This document shows positions 21,901-29,860 of a stretch of 64,000 bases of DNA, piece after piece (the stretch's first letter is position 1; the number at the start of each line of letters is the position of its first letter). The position numbers were made by a program, and so were the translations under genes. The notes under the pieces were generated by a model. It searched no databases. It saw only the letters and a program-made list of their open reading frames with translations, and was not told the DNA's origin. Source of the stretch: a virus; IMG/VR virus record IMGVR_UViG_3300027749_000060, positions 45,419 through 109,418 of that record; one strand, given 5' to 3'.

Positions 21901-24060
21901 GTTGCCAAAGATATCAATAACGGAAATAGATGGGCAATTTATTATAAACGTGTAGGTATTAATCCTTTGCCATTATTGTTAAAAATTCAATCTTATAACA
22001 CAACTAATTTTTGGAATTTTATAGATTGGTATGCAAAAGGGCACGATAAGAATACACTAGTAGTTACTAAAAGTTTTGACAATTATAACTTAACATACAC
22101 AGATACCTTTGACATAGGAGATATTGTTAAAATTAATGATAACGGAAAAGGTAAATTTTCAATCTATAGATATAATGAAAATAGTACCCTTGAGTTAATA
22201 GCCATAGAGTCGGGTACAATTGAGATATCTTCTGAATTCTGGAATAAATCTGGATTTGATCACGAAGGAATGGATTTCTTATCATTTGATTATAGTTACT
22301 TTGAAGAACTACGATACATATTTAAAGGTATTAAAGAAGATATTTTTGTAAAAGATTTAGAAATTTATTACAATCAATTTTTATTCTATGTAATTGAATA
22401 TGTACTGTCGGAACAGAAATATGTAGACTGGATTTTTAAAACTAGTTTTATAACAGTTGCACACGAATTGCAAGGGTTAGTGCAATTGCCTTCGTATGTT
22501 AAAGATAGACAGACTCTGTACGAACAATATATCAATGAAGTCAAACCTTATAGAACAAAAATTAGAGAATACATACTAAAATATTCCAATTTGGAAACGT
22601 TAGATACCAACACAGTAACTGATTTTGACCTACCATCATATTATGATTTTGATTTAGGAAAATTCCGTAGCCCCAATGGAGAATTTCCAGGCAAAGACCA
22701 AGTATTATTAGCAACAAAACCAGAGTATCAAGATTGGAAAAACCACCATGGATATTCAATTGGGTCAATTGAAATAGCAAACGCAGGAATTGGTTATATT
22801 AGTAATGGACAAGTCGTAACACCCGACATATCTATAGTTCCTACCGATGAAACAGGATATGGTGCCAATGCTACCGCAGTAATAGACGAAAGAATTGCTG
22901 GTGCAATATCGTCTGTGAACATTAAGACACCCGGAGATTTTTATACTACTACACCACTAATAGTTGTTAGCGGAGTGGGAGCAACTCAAATGAGTCGATA
23001 CCAAGCCGGACATCCAAAATCAGCTCTACTATCTCCGAGATTGTTGAATAAGAAAATAAGAAAAATTAATACGGTAATGAAATTTGACAGAGTTACGTAC
23101 GACACTCAAGTTCAAGAATGGGCCCCGAATACTAACTATGATAATGGTGTATATGTAACGTACCAAGGGAAATGTTATATAACCAACTCAAATATTGGAA
23201 CATTGAGCAAATTTGATAAAACTCAATTTGTTAGCGTAACGTCAAATGTATTCGACAATGCAAACGATCGAATAACTGCATTTTACAATCCCACTGCCTC
23301 AATGATACCAAAAACATTATCCAGACTAATGACTGGCTTGGATAGACCTATACTGTCCGGAGAACAGAATGTAATAATTGATACAGCAATACAAGGTGGC
23401 GGGTTTACTGGAACTTCTATAGCAGCAGGAAGATTTGTATTAGGTAAAGACTATATTATTATTAATATAGGTAATACAGATTTTACACTATGCGGAGCCT
23501 CGTCTAACAAAGTAGGACTGAAATTTACAGCAACCGATGTTGGGATTGGGACCGGATCGGCAACAATTGCGTTGTCTACATCTGGGTACGGAACAGCATC
23601 TGGAATTGAGCCAGGAACAATTACATTAACAGGTGGTGCATTTGTTTATGAAACATTCAGCCATGCCCCAGAGGAATTATTACCTGGTATAACATTTGAT
23701 GCTGTCAGCATCCGTGTCGTTGACGATAATGGAGTTGGATATAGAAAATTTGTAAACATGAATCAAATAAAAACTGTTTCAAATACAGCACCGCAAAGTT
23801 TAACTACGCTCTCACAAGATTTGTTAATTACAGATCAAACCATAACAGTGTCAGATTCTAGCAAACTTTATACACCTAGTAGACTTTCAATTTCGCCCGG
23901 TTTAATATTTGTAAATGGTGAGCTAATTGAGTATTACACTAAAACTAACAATGTACTTGGTCAGTTACGCAGAGGTGTAGGCGGAACTGGGACTCCGATG
24001 GTACATCTATTAGGTAGTACTGTTGAAAATTCCAATCTCCCCGGAGCACTGAGACTATAA
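12955..24060 (+). CDS. Giant (3701 aa) baseplate wedge/structural protein (gp7-like position) with an inserted YHYH domain
   Basis: Follows gp6; N-terminal LLPSIFQT; uninterrupted 11.1-kb ORF; YHYH-type segment at about 19740-20560. Confidence 0.7.
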   Translation: MATRKTLNLLPSIFQTETNKKFLGATLDQLVSEPDISKFNGFIGRKFSPVNKPSDNFINEPTVSRENYQFEPAVVIKNTSNGIDLYADYQDLLEKVANHGGITENHNRLFESEYYSFNPRINFDKFINYTRYFWLPTGTDPVTVSAGTPGNDRTFVITRNDPGGYATINQDSTPNSTITLVRGAVYKFNVNQPGAKFWIQTEVGIDGFKDFNQTISTRDIIGIENNGAESGTITFTVPDKDSQDYYFKMPSLGFIDYAISEPFSAIDGQFWVNGNNAMDQIEGSTRYPQGYYVVFTSTSTNPDNWIDYTGNPVPIDKRHGLWKITINQNSKIQMEFVRTIPLGYKIRINYGANAGKEFFKNSGDNLVLSPPITAPLSTLFYQDENNESIVGKINIVDFPGNAINVNSDILGKVTYTSPNGVVFTNGLTVVFDNTVFPNSYRNSKYIIEGVGKSIKLIDIILLESVESVDTKSSVPFDQEPFDTLGLDQPIANSVAIPDYIVMNKSTTDLNAWARGNRWFHEDIIAKAAEYNKTTVKIDPTKRANRPIIEFEEDLQLFNSGKNFLAIIDRADTNFVGTGEKILNAYTDVNDKYVNDASIRRLNYIENQVAIFPNDISSNVRNALFRIEFKNQTTATSFNGVGTGYVNIRQGSNRVYEKILDGNRTTFRDQYIPGTLLYAVDNTYIGKIKSIFSNNEMILESPALVTRNEVVVKFNYPKITLRKIKTAVNNDSVVVRTGLNQKNTFWLNSGVWAYAQYKKDVNTPIKFDVVDKDGISLSSPSKYTESKFAGTTVFSYDIGSSISDPILGIKLRYTGIGNSISDINFVNSFETDTFTYKPYDYKTLNISSIGYLSKRTGRNTYSLLTVWQSISEPTKQYQHIADLSDGTTNYFEIDILPGDIVNQPNIKVFVNNVLIKNEDFVIETVGIRHAVNILTTVLDGDKIDILIYNKKSISDLGYYQIPSNLEFNAQNYDITNVTLGQLRGHWNAIGKNTIGLIGNPISSNNLRDLNTNAQNGLILQHSAPTIYASLFLIDPHLNFINSIEFARSDYSKFKNKFLELCVNTPGLPRNNTPAGVDMILKIINGVKNQTFPWHYSDMIPWGDDVVLDTYKIINAQTRLYTLNNIYLSPIGDKMYPKNGPSNCAVLVYLNNRLLVIDVEYTITNGNPYITISDSVLLYEGDLLTIKGYKNTDGSYVPETPTKMGMYPKFVPSIFVDTAFRTPINVIQGHDGSRLPVFNDLRDDYLLELEKRIFNNIKVEYNAELFDVFTFVPGKFRNNDYTRLEFNEVLNSDFLKWIGTNQLDIGSNEYFLSNNEFSWNYNQASDSINDELLPGYWKGIYQYFYDTCRPHTHPWEMLGLQNKPVWWEPTYGAAPYTPSKTQMWTDLAYGFNRGDRTTNTQYARPGLLKIIPVNDAGELLPPVSKLVKKYNGTTFNQSYAIGDQGPVESAWRNTSEYVFSLHRAIALLKPAKYFGLFFNTSSYINDPVINQYVLKNNKKRITPESLLINGEVVSGAITRSSSYVNWIHGYLTNLGINAAQKIRTTISNLDIRLGYRMSGYSDKSYFTALVEQYSPNSVNQSAIIPSENYIVHLNKSSPIRSATYSGVIISKTTGGYVINGYNLKYPYFTVIPSLINGNFYRIEAVTATAIIYKDYIDQKINVPYGFEFGSSQELVDFLVGYERFLMSQGFIFEAYDSDLGEVKNWILSAKEFLGWTLQGWNEGNILVLSPVHYTLQLFSTDSVVDTVIGQTSNTQVLGPNFNVIKADEIAVLKEPGRTTVTVISGQTIAFIELQLVQYEHVLVFDNTTVFADVIYKPELGSRQYRLKLIGSKTTGWDGSLNIPGFIYNTGYIEQWTPGRDYKKADIIQYKKQNYTAIADISGTDTFKHDLWSITDRKIVAKLVPNFSQNASKFNTVYSLDTPNIDSYFSGFSNGLTGYRNRSYLEDLGMDQIAQTKFYQGYIKEKGTFSSISALFKARLDNTINNVEIFEEWGLRVGEYGATKTNQSIDLILDEKKFQDDPIVFSVINGIEIPPPNVKFFRPNTLLSKSIDFKSPLFSHRPMNEYFETDIKTAGYVNINEVDSLLFDFNNYKNLNLTILADLVNGYKLWVAKDFNKDWQVYKVVEVDNQVLGISYGLDNKVIITTKYDHGLQIADIIAIRDLNSLYDGFYQVLNVEAPNTFICIISTSLISSIQTVPVYGTGTLFLLQKSRYKTTELRESNVTKSIWQAGDLVWVDENNGPNWATYKFVSSDPGNFGGLHNFWGIDSGSIIFRSSGLPYHEFGNIQFDVTAVKQNYNRIWPLYAGKNIPATVASPIGSGIIGFCLNGVPIYSSIAADFTAPADYSTPGGFNYNLSFSDYNFFKIDNAGGTTTFSGEYFYRSFTFGQAWNTGIGGSDTRVNVEYKSEILSIAYLGGGLAHANGHSKILGFAIDGYPIYGPYGYSNPNNIRTPIIRMTSGYALRNPSYRAPTEACDLNVYPMGMFAQDYEFTQDGTLDKHNGRYCITPDYPNGTYAYFATVNNSGPTYPYFIGPTFYGTVSSVSNSLIPGPGIKPRVFDDQVNAVWELYKNQEPSVDFNSMRGMHLIDNVNKNILVKLDIIDPAKGRILGSAQADIDFTTSFDPAFYNNGTNDALTIDSEFNWGEQQIGLVWWDLEAVRYYDYEQSTIEYRANNWGKVFPGSNIFIYEWVSSDVLPSMYVAAGLDGIPKYADDSGYSTLYYVDDITMTVKTKYYYWVRAKNSVGKTSKSHSVSGLEQMVADPGKQDIPYAALIDNKTVALYNIGKYLLEDRVALHIEYSLAKNENIVHSEFELFQQGNKNAIMHPRIEKKIIDSLVGVDENKNLVPDPSLLPADRLGVSDRPRQSIIADRLVALDNIIGFINQIILKYPVATRIFDKETVYSDNFYAAEPYPAKSEYDLIVDTFIQLDYLFEIYPTDLVVGTEYIIAQAGNTNFVELGASANQIGVRFKATGTGVGLGTVFHSRILVAKDINNGNRWAIYYKRVGINPLPLLLKIQSYNTTNFWNFIDWYAKGHDKNTLVVTKSFDNYNLTYTDTFDIGDIVKINDNGKGKFSIYRYNENSTLELIAIESGTIEISSEFWNKSGFDHEGMDFLSFDYSYFEELRYIFKGIKEDIFVKDLEIYYNQFLFYVIEYVLSEQKYVDWIFKTSFITVAHELQGLVQLPSYVKDRQTLYEQYINEVKPYRTKIREYILKYSNLETLDTNTVTDFDLPSYYDFDLGKFRSPNGEFPGKDQVLLATKPEYQDWKNHHGYSIGSIEIANAGIGYISNGQVVTPDISIVPTDETGYGANATAVIDERIAGAISSVNIKTPGDFYTTTPLIVVSGVGATQMSRYQAGHPKSALLSPRLLNKKIRKINTVMKFDRVTYDTQVQEWAPNTNYDNGVYVTYQGKCYITNSNIGTLSKFDKTQFVSVTSNVFDNANDRITAFYNPTASMIPKTLSRLMTGLDRPILSGEQNVIIDTAIQGGGFTGTSIAAGRFVLGKDYIIINIGNTDFTLCGASSNKVGLKFTATDVGIGTGSATIALSTSGYGTASGIEPGTITLTGGAFVYETFSHAPEELLPGITFDAVSIRVVDDNGVGYRKFVNMNQIKTVSNTAPQSLTTLSQDLLITDQTITVSDSSKLYTPSRLSISPGLIFVNGELIEYYTKTNNVLGQLRRGVGGTGTPMVHLLGSTVENSNLPGALRL

Positions 24061-24078
24061 TAAACCTGGAAAAATAAG

Positions 24079-24234
24079 ATGATAAATAATGATAATATTC
24101 AGTTAGATCAAGATTCTTTAAAGGAATCCGAAAAAGTAGAAAAACCAGACGAAGAGCCTGGTATATCTGTGCAAGGGTTTTTAAAAATATTTGATCCAGA
24201 GTCTGGAGAAGTTTTAGCCCACGGTAGAGCTTAA
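24079..24234 (+). CDS. Small 51-aa virion-module protein
   Basis: Not in the ORF track: MINNDNIQ...PDEEPGISVQGFLKIFDPESGEVLAHGRA; resembles the N-terminus of the next gene. Confidence 0.65.
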   Translation: MINNDNIQLDQDSLKESEKVEKPDEEPGISVQGFLKIFDPESGEVLAHGRA

Positions 24235-24249
24235 TAAATTTAAAGGATA

Positions 24250-24879
24250 ATGATGCAATCACACGAAACAATACAACCAGGAATACAAGGTTTTATTAAA
24301 ATATCCGATGTTTCGGATAGTTCCCGCCCTGTTATTTTAGTTGAAAAGAAAAATGCAATACATTATGAAAATATCAGTGAAGCATTAGCAATGGGATTAG
24401 CCAATAAATCAAGTAATTTTATATATGAAATGCATTTTGGAAATGGTGGTACTACAGTAGACCAGACTGGTATCATAAACTATTTGCCACCAAATGTTAA
24501 TACACAAAATTCTAACTTATATAATCCTACCTTTTTTAAAACTGTAGATGATACAAATGAAACAAATACAGACCCTATTAGGAATAAACTTGAAGTTCGT
24601 CATGTTCCGGGTACTGTATATTCTGACATTTTAGTAACTTGTCTTTTGGATTACGGCGAGCCAGCTGGGCAATTGGCATTTGATAATAGTCCTTACAGTG
24701 AAGATACCTTTGTGTTTGATGAATTGGGACTTAAAGGATGGAGCGCAACTGGCGCTGGCTTGGGAAAATTACTAACACATGTTATTTTCCACCCGGTTCA
24801 GAAAAGTTTAAATCGATTAATTCAAATTGAATATACAGTAAGAATACAATCCCTAACTAATTTAACAGGATTAGCATAA
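24250..24879 (+). CDS. Baseplate/tail-fibre attachment structural protein
   Basis: MHFGNGG, FVFDELGL, THVIFHPVQKS..R.IQIEYTVRI; context within the baseplate module. Confidence 0.6.
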   Translation: MMQSHETIQPGIQGFIKISDVSDSSRPVILVEKKNAIHYENISEALAMGLANKSSNFIYEMHFGNGGTTVDQTGIINYLPPNVNTQNSNLYNPTFFKTVDDTNETNTDPIRNKLEVRHVPGTVYSDILVTCLLDYGEPAGQLAFDNSPYSEDTFVFDELGLKGWSATGAGLGKLLTHVIFHPVQKSLNRLIQIEYTVRIQSLTNLTGLA

Positions 24880-24930
24880 TGACATATCTAAATAAATGGG
24901 TAAATACTAGTAACTTGGAGTTAAAGTTCT

Positions 24931-26142
24931 ATGGCATATAATATATACAAATCAAATGGCGATTTGTTATCCATCGTCGATGACGGCTTTGCCGATATAA
25001 ATTCTGCTAGTGTTGCATTAATAGGAAAAAATTTCCCAGGATATGGCCAATACTTTAATGAAAATTTTGTTCACTTAACAGAAAATTTTGCTAGTGATAA
25101 TGCACCCGATAATCAGCTAACCGGACAACTCTGGTATCAAACTAGTACTAGTCAATTGAAAATATGGAACTCGACTGAATGGGTATCTGCAGGCAAGCCA
25201 ACTATTATCAATGACAATGCCAGTGCTAATAGACATTTTGTAACGTTTGTTGATAGTTTTGGCGGCACACCAGATTTTAAAGTTGCAGCAAACAAAGGTA
25301 TAACTTTTATACCTAGTTCTGGATTCTTTGGTCTTGGTGCAGAAAACCCAGACTCTAAATTAACAATTAGTACTAACATAGGTGCTGCCCTTGCAAATCC
25401 TGCACCAAATTTAAATACCGCAGTGCATATATTGGGTGACAATGGAAAAAGTCAAACTCTGTTAACAGAAAGTTATGGCGGCAATGGTCCAACTTATAAC
25501 GCTAATAATGCTCCTATTATAGCATTACGTAGAAATAACGGAACAGGAGCTGGCAGGGAAGCAGTCAAAGTATCTGATATACTTGGTGTAATAGCAGGAC
25601 AAGGCTACAACGGAACTTCTGCTACTACAACCAGAATTGGTATCAATTTTGAAGCAACTGAAAACTGGAGTCCAACTTCTACGCCTACCAGGATGGTGTT
25701 CTATACAACACCAACGGGCACTATAACAACAGCAAACGCAATAGGAATATTGAGCAACCAAACATTAGAGTGTTATGGCAATGTATCCATGCAAAAAAAT
25801 CTGACTACCACTGGGTTTATCAGAGCCGGCGGCGACGTAACAGCATATTATACATCCGATGAACGACTTAAGACAAATGTTTTACCCATAAGCGATGCAT
25901 TAGATAAAGTTGCATCATTGAATGGCATTACATTTAATTGGAATGATTTGGCAACAGACAAAGACCTGACTGTCAGGGAAGCTGGGCTTTTTGCGCAAGA
26001 TTTATTAAAAGTTTTACCCGAATCCGTTACAGTCAGGGATAATGGATATTTAGCAGTTCAATATGAAAAAGTAATTCCGTTGTTGGTTGAAGCTATTAAA
26101 GAACTTGTAGCAGAAATAAATGCTCTTAAAAAAACTGTTTAA
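24931..26142 (+). CDS. Tail fibre with a C-terminal intramolecular chaperone (peptidase S74)
   Basis: N-terminal LIGKNF.GYG...NENFVHL.ENFA..GQLWY anchor; C-terminal YTSDERLKTN...AGLFAQD...V.YEKVIPLLVEAIKEL. Confidence 0.88.
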   Translation: MAYNIYKSNGDLLSIVDDGFADINSASVALIGKNFPGYGQYFNENFVHLTENFASDNAPDNQLTGQLWYQTSTSQLKIWNSTEWVSAGKPTIINDNASANRHFVTFVDSFGGTPDFKVAANKGITFIPSSGFFGLGAENPDSKLTISTNIGAALANPAPNLNTAVHILGDNGKSQTLLTESYGGNGPTYNANNAPIIALRRNNGTGAGREAVKVSDILGVIAGQGYNGTSATTTRIGINFEATENWSPTSTPTRMVFYTTPTGTITTANAIGILSNQTLECYGNVSMQKNLTTTGFIRAGGDVTAYYTSDERLKTNVLPISDALDKVASLNGITFNWNDLATDKDLTVREAGLFAQDLLKVLPESVTVRDNGYLAVQYEKVIPLLVEAIKELVAEINALKKTV

Positions 26143-26163
26143 AATTAAAATTGGAATACTAGA

Positions 26164-29100
26164 GTGACTATACAATCCTGGACTACTAATCCTCTTACAT
26201 CATTATCATTGAGTGAAATCCAACGCGAGTTTGATGGAGTAAACCCGATTAGCATGAGTGAGTATCGTGCAACATCATCTGGATACGTTAGTATTGGAAG
26301 AACTGGCTACCCATTTGGTGAGGAAGTAGAAATCCCTGGACTTGGGGTATCTATTTCAATTAGTAATTTTTACGGCGCAAGTTCTGTTCCGTATGCTATA
26401 TATCCACAAAAAGTTTCGTTCAATGAGGGCGAAACAATGACATTTACTATCACAGCTCCAGTTACAAACGGAACAAAATTATACTGGACCTTTGATGATA
26501 CAACAGTGAATATTCTCGTATCGCCAACTGTGTTCGATGCTGGATATAAAGATGTAGCGTATCAGACTCAGTTGTCGGCCACTGGCGGTGTTGGTAATTA
26601 CACATACCGCATTGGAAGAGGCTCACTGCCGTCTGGCCTAACATTGTTTTCTGGAAATGGTTTAATATCGGGTACTCCAACAGTTGTAGAAAGTAAAACT
26701 TTCCTGGTTAATACATCTGACACTGAATTTAATTCAAATGCATTTTTATATACCATAAGAATTGACGAGGTATTAATTTCTATAACACCAACTAGCTTTA
26801 CTCCTGTTAATAAAAATGTACCGTTTACGTATTCTGTTAATGTATCAGGGGGCGCAACACCATATATAATTACTCTGGATAGTGGATCTTTGCCACAGGG
26901 AGTCTCGTTAACACCAATGACGGATACCAGGGCCGATTTAGGAGGAATTGCAAGCATTCCGGGCACATACAATTTTGTAATCAAAGCAGTTGACCAAAAT
27001 GGTGCATCTAAAACTCGCTCATACGCTTTTGCTGTAAATGAGGTTGGTATTAGTATTAATCCAACATCATTATCACCTGCGGTTGTTAATACTCCTTATA
27101 GTCAAATTGCATACGCTACCGGTGGTACAAGTCCTTACACATATACACTGAATCTTGGCTCAACATTACCTGCTGGGTTAACACTATCGGGTAATACAGG
27201 ATTAATAAGTGGATCTCCTACAATGCCGGGGGTATCATCGTTTACAATAAGAGCAACAGATTTTAATACAAATTATGGTACCAGAGCATATACATTAACC
27301 GTCGGTGCGTCGAGTGTAGTGGTATTACCCGGAGCAATTCCTAATGTATATAAAAATGTGCCATTTAACATTAACATAACCGGTGCAGGCGGCAGCTCAC
27401 CGTATGCTTATTCTATCATATATGGGTCTTTACCAACTGGGTTGACTTTCTTCAACGCCAATGGTTATGTAACAGGAACGCCGACGGTGACTGGGACTTA
27501 CGTGTTTGAAATAAAAACTATTGATGCAGTTACAAACTTCGCTACTAGACGTTACACAGTAATGTGTGTACAAGTTGTATTAATTTTTGATCCACCGTTC
27601 TTGCCGAGAGCTAAAACAAATGTAAACTATACTCAACCTTTAATTGTATCCGGTGGCCAATCACCATATTCTTTTGCTGTTACCAGCGGGGCATTGCCTA
27701 GTGGTGTGTCATTGAGTTCTAGCGGAATTATTGTTGGTGTTCCGTCTGCACCAGTTACTGTTAACTCGTTTACAGTAACAGTAACTGATTATAATGGTAA
27801 TACTGGTACTAAAGTTTATGCATTATTGGTAGACCCTGTAGAAATAATTGTTTTACCGGCAATTTTAAACGACGGTCTTACTTCTATACCTTATTCAATG
27901 AGTTTAGCATCGTCGGGCGGAACTGCTCCTTACACTTATACATTGGTATCTGGCACGCTGCCACCTGGCATTACATTGTCAAGTGCTGGAGTATTGTCTG
28001 GTACACCAACAGTAGTTGATTTATACAATTTTACTATAAGATCGTCAGACATAAACACCAATTCAATACAAAAAGCATATTCTTTAGCAATTTTAACTAA
28101 TCAATGGTCGTTGTCGTTAATTGGTTACAGTGAAGGTGCAGTGTCTGGTTCACCAATTACAGTCACCGAAGGATCAGCGTTAACATATATAATTAATTGG
28201 CCTACTAATATTCCTGAAGCGGCACAATCCCAATTGAGAATAGTTGGTCCTAAATTGACAGATGCATCAGACGTTGATTTAGAAACAATTGATGTATACA
28301 CCGGTGTATACAATTACGACGTTGGGTTCAGCAATGAATATAACATAACCGGAGCAGCATTAAATTTAGCAAAATCAATTGGTAGTAGTTTTTATCTGTC
28401 CAATAATTCCTTCTTTACGTCAGACGGAATTAGATATGGCCTTTACAGGAAACCAGATGCCAATGGACTGCGTTACTGGGTTAAATATGCACAAGACAAC
28501 AATTTAGCTGTAAGCGACCAAGCCTTTATTGATGCTTTCTTTTTAAAAGCGTCACTAGGTACAGGTGCTCCTGGAACAATACAGGATGGTACAAGATGTT
28601 TAAACAACACAAAGTCTTTGTCAGTTGGGTATTATGAAGGTACTGACTTTTTTGACAGACCTAATACAATTGGAAGAGCCGGTATTGCTAGTATACATAT
28701 AGTTGCAGATCAATTATTGGAAGGTGCTGAATCTTTTAATGTTAAATTATTCTATAATAGTGCAGTAGTTTCTACATGGGGTGGGGTAAATGTAACAGAT
28801 ACATCAACTCCGCCACCACCTAGTATTATATTAAGTAACATTGCAACCACTGGTGAAAGAGGTGTTTTGTACGACAGTACCATTTCTGCAACAGGCGGCG
28901 CAAGTCCGTACACATTAACATTCACCGGCGGTGTAATACCCAATGGTCTTACACTTGGCCCCACTGGTAATTTATTTGGCCGACCGTCTAGTACAGGAAC
29001 TTTTAGTTTTACTATACAAGCAATAGATTCAGAAAATTACTCGGTGTCTAGAACTTATAGCATTTCAATCAGTGGAAAAACTTTGATACTAACTCCAAGT

Positions 29101-29847
29101 TCGTTACCTGATTTTTATCTAGTAGGTCCAAGTTTGTCACCGTATTATAATTCACAGTTAAGTACCACAGGCGGCATAGGCAATTATACATATCAAGTTG
29201 TTGCAGGAACGCTACCATATAACTTAACATTATCAGAACTGGGATTGATAACACCAAATGCCAATCCAGGTGTTGCTGCTACTTATACATTCACTATCAG
29301 ATCAAGTGACTCGTATGGTAATTCAATTGATAAACAATATTCTATTGTTGACCATGAAACAACAAATGTACCGCCACCACCACCTCCTCCCACGCCTGGG
29401 CCAACGCCTCCGTATTATCCACCGTCTCCGTACACACCTGGCAACAGATTAACAATTGACGGGTCGGTTAGATTAAGTGCGGCATTTACTTATGTCAATG
29501 AGTCGGGTGTGGCGCCCAGAGTTGGTATATATTGGACAGCTGGGCATAACACAATACCTTATACATATCGCATTGTAAATCCACCAAGCGAAATTACATG
29601 GACTATATCACAGGGAAATTTACCTCCAGGATATGAATTAATACCGTCGGGATTTGGGTCAGTTGTGATACAAGGAGTAGCAAATACAACAACATATTGT
29701 CAATATGGTGATTGTACTCCTGGTAACTTAGTATACAGTCCCAATAACCCTCCTACGTTTACTATAAGAGCAACAGCCGCCAATGGTGATTATGGAACTC
29801 TAATAGACGGAATATTTGTGTTTAAAACCAACGGATTTCCTTCTTAA
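26164..29847 (+). CDS. Fibre-tip adhesin-like protein with about 8-9 putative Ig (He_PIG) repeats
   Basis: N-terminal LSLSEIQREF.GVNPISMSEY...ISISNFYG; repeated GG..PY.Y....G.LP.GL.L...G.ISGTPT units. Confidence 0.75.
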   Translation: MTIQSWTTNPLTSLSLSEIQREFDGVNPISMSEYRATSSGYVSIGRTGYPFGEEVEIPGLGVSISISNFYGASSVPYAIYPQKVSFNEGETMTFTITAPVTNGTKLYWTFDDTTVNILVSPTVFDAGYKDVAYQTQLSATGGVGNYTYRIGRGSLPSGLTLFSGNGLISGTPTVVESKTFLVNTSDTEFNSNAFLYTIRIDEVLISITPTSFTPVNKNVPFTYSVNVSGGATPYIITLDSGSLPQGVSLTPMTDTRADLGGIASIPGTYNFVIKAVDQNGASKTRSYAFAVNEVGISINPTSLSPAVVNTPYSQIAYATGGTSPYTYTLNLGSTLPAGLTLSGNTGLISGSPTMPGVSSFTIRATDFNTNYGTRAYTLTVGASSVVVLPGAIPNVYKNVPFNINITGAGGSSPYAYSIIYGSLPTGLTFFNANGYVTGTPTVTGTYVFEIKTIDAVTNFATRRYTVMCVQVVLIFDPPFLPRAKTNVNYTQPLIVSGGQSPYSFAVTSGALPSGVSLSSSGIIVGVPSAPVTVNSFTVTVTDYNGNTGTKVYALLVDPVEIIVLPAILNDGLTSIPYSMSLASSGGTAPYTYTLVSGTLPPGITLSSAGVLSGTPTVVDLYNFTIRSSDINTNSIQKAYSLAILTNQWSLSLIGYSEGAVSGSPITVTEGSALTYIINWPTNIPEAAQSQLRIVGPKLTDASDVDLETIDVYTGVYNYDVGFSNEYNITGAALNLAKSIGSSFYLSNNSFFTSDGIRYGLYRKPDANGLRYWVKYAQDNNLAVSDQAFIDAFFLKASLGTGAPGTIQDGTRCLNNTKSLSVGYYEGTDFFDRPNTIGRAGIASIHIVADQLLEGAESFNVKLFYNSAVVSTWGGVNVTDTSTPPPPSIILSNIATTGERGVLYDSTISATGGASPYTLTFTGGVIPNGLTLGPTGNLFGRPSSTGTFSFTIQAIDSENYSVSRTYSISISGKTLILTPSSLPDFYLVGPSLSPYYNSQLSTTGGIGNYTYQVVAGTLPYNLTLSELGLITPNANPGVAATYTFTIRSSDSYGNSIDKQYSIVDHETTNVPPPPPPPTPGPTPPYYPPSPYTPGNRLTIDGSVRLSAAFTYVNESGVAPRVGIYWTAGHNTIPYTYRIVNPPSEITWTISQGNLPPGYELIPSGFGSVVIQGVANTTTYCQYGDCTPGNLVYSPNNPPTFTIRATAANGDYGTLIDGIFVFKTNGFPS

Positions 29848-29860
29848 TAAATAATTGATT

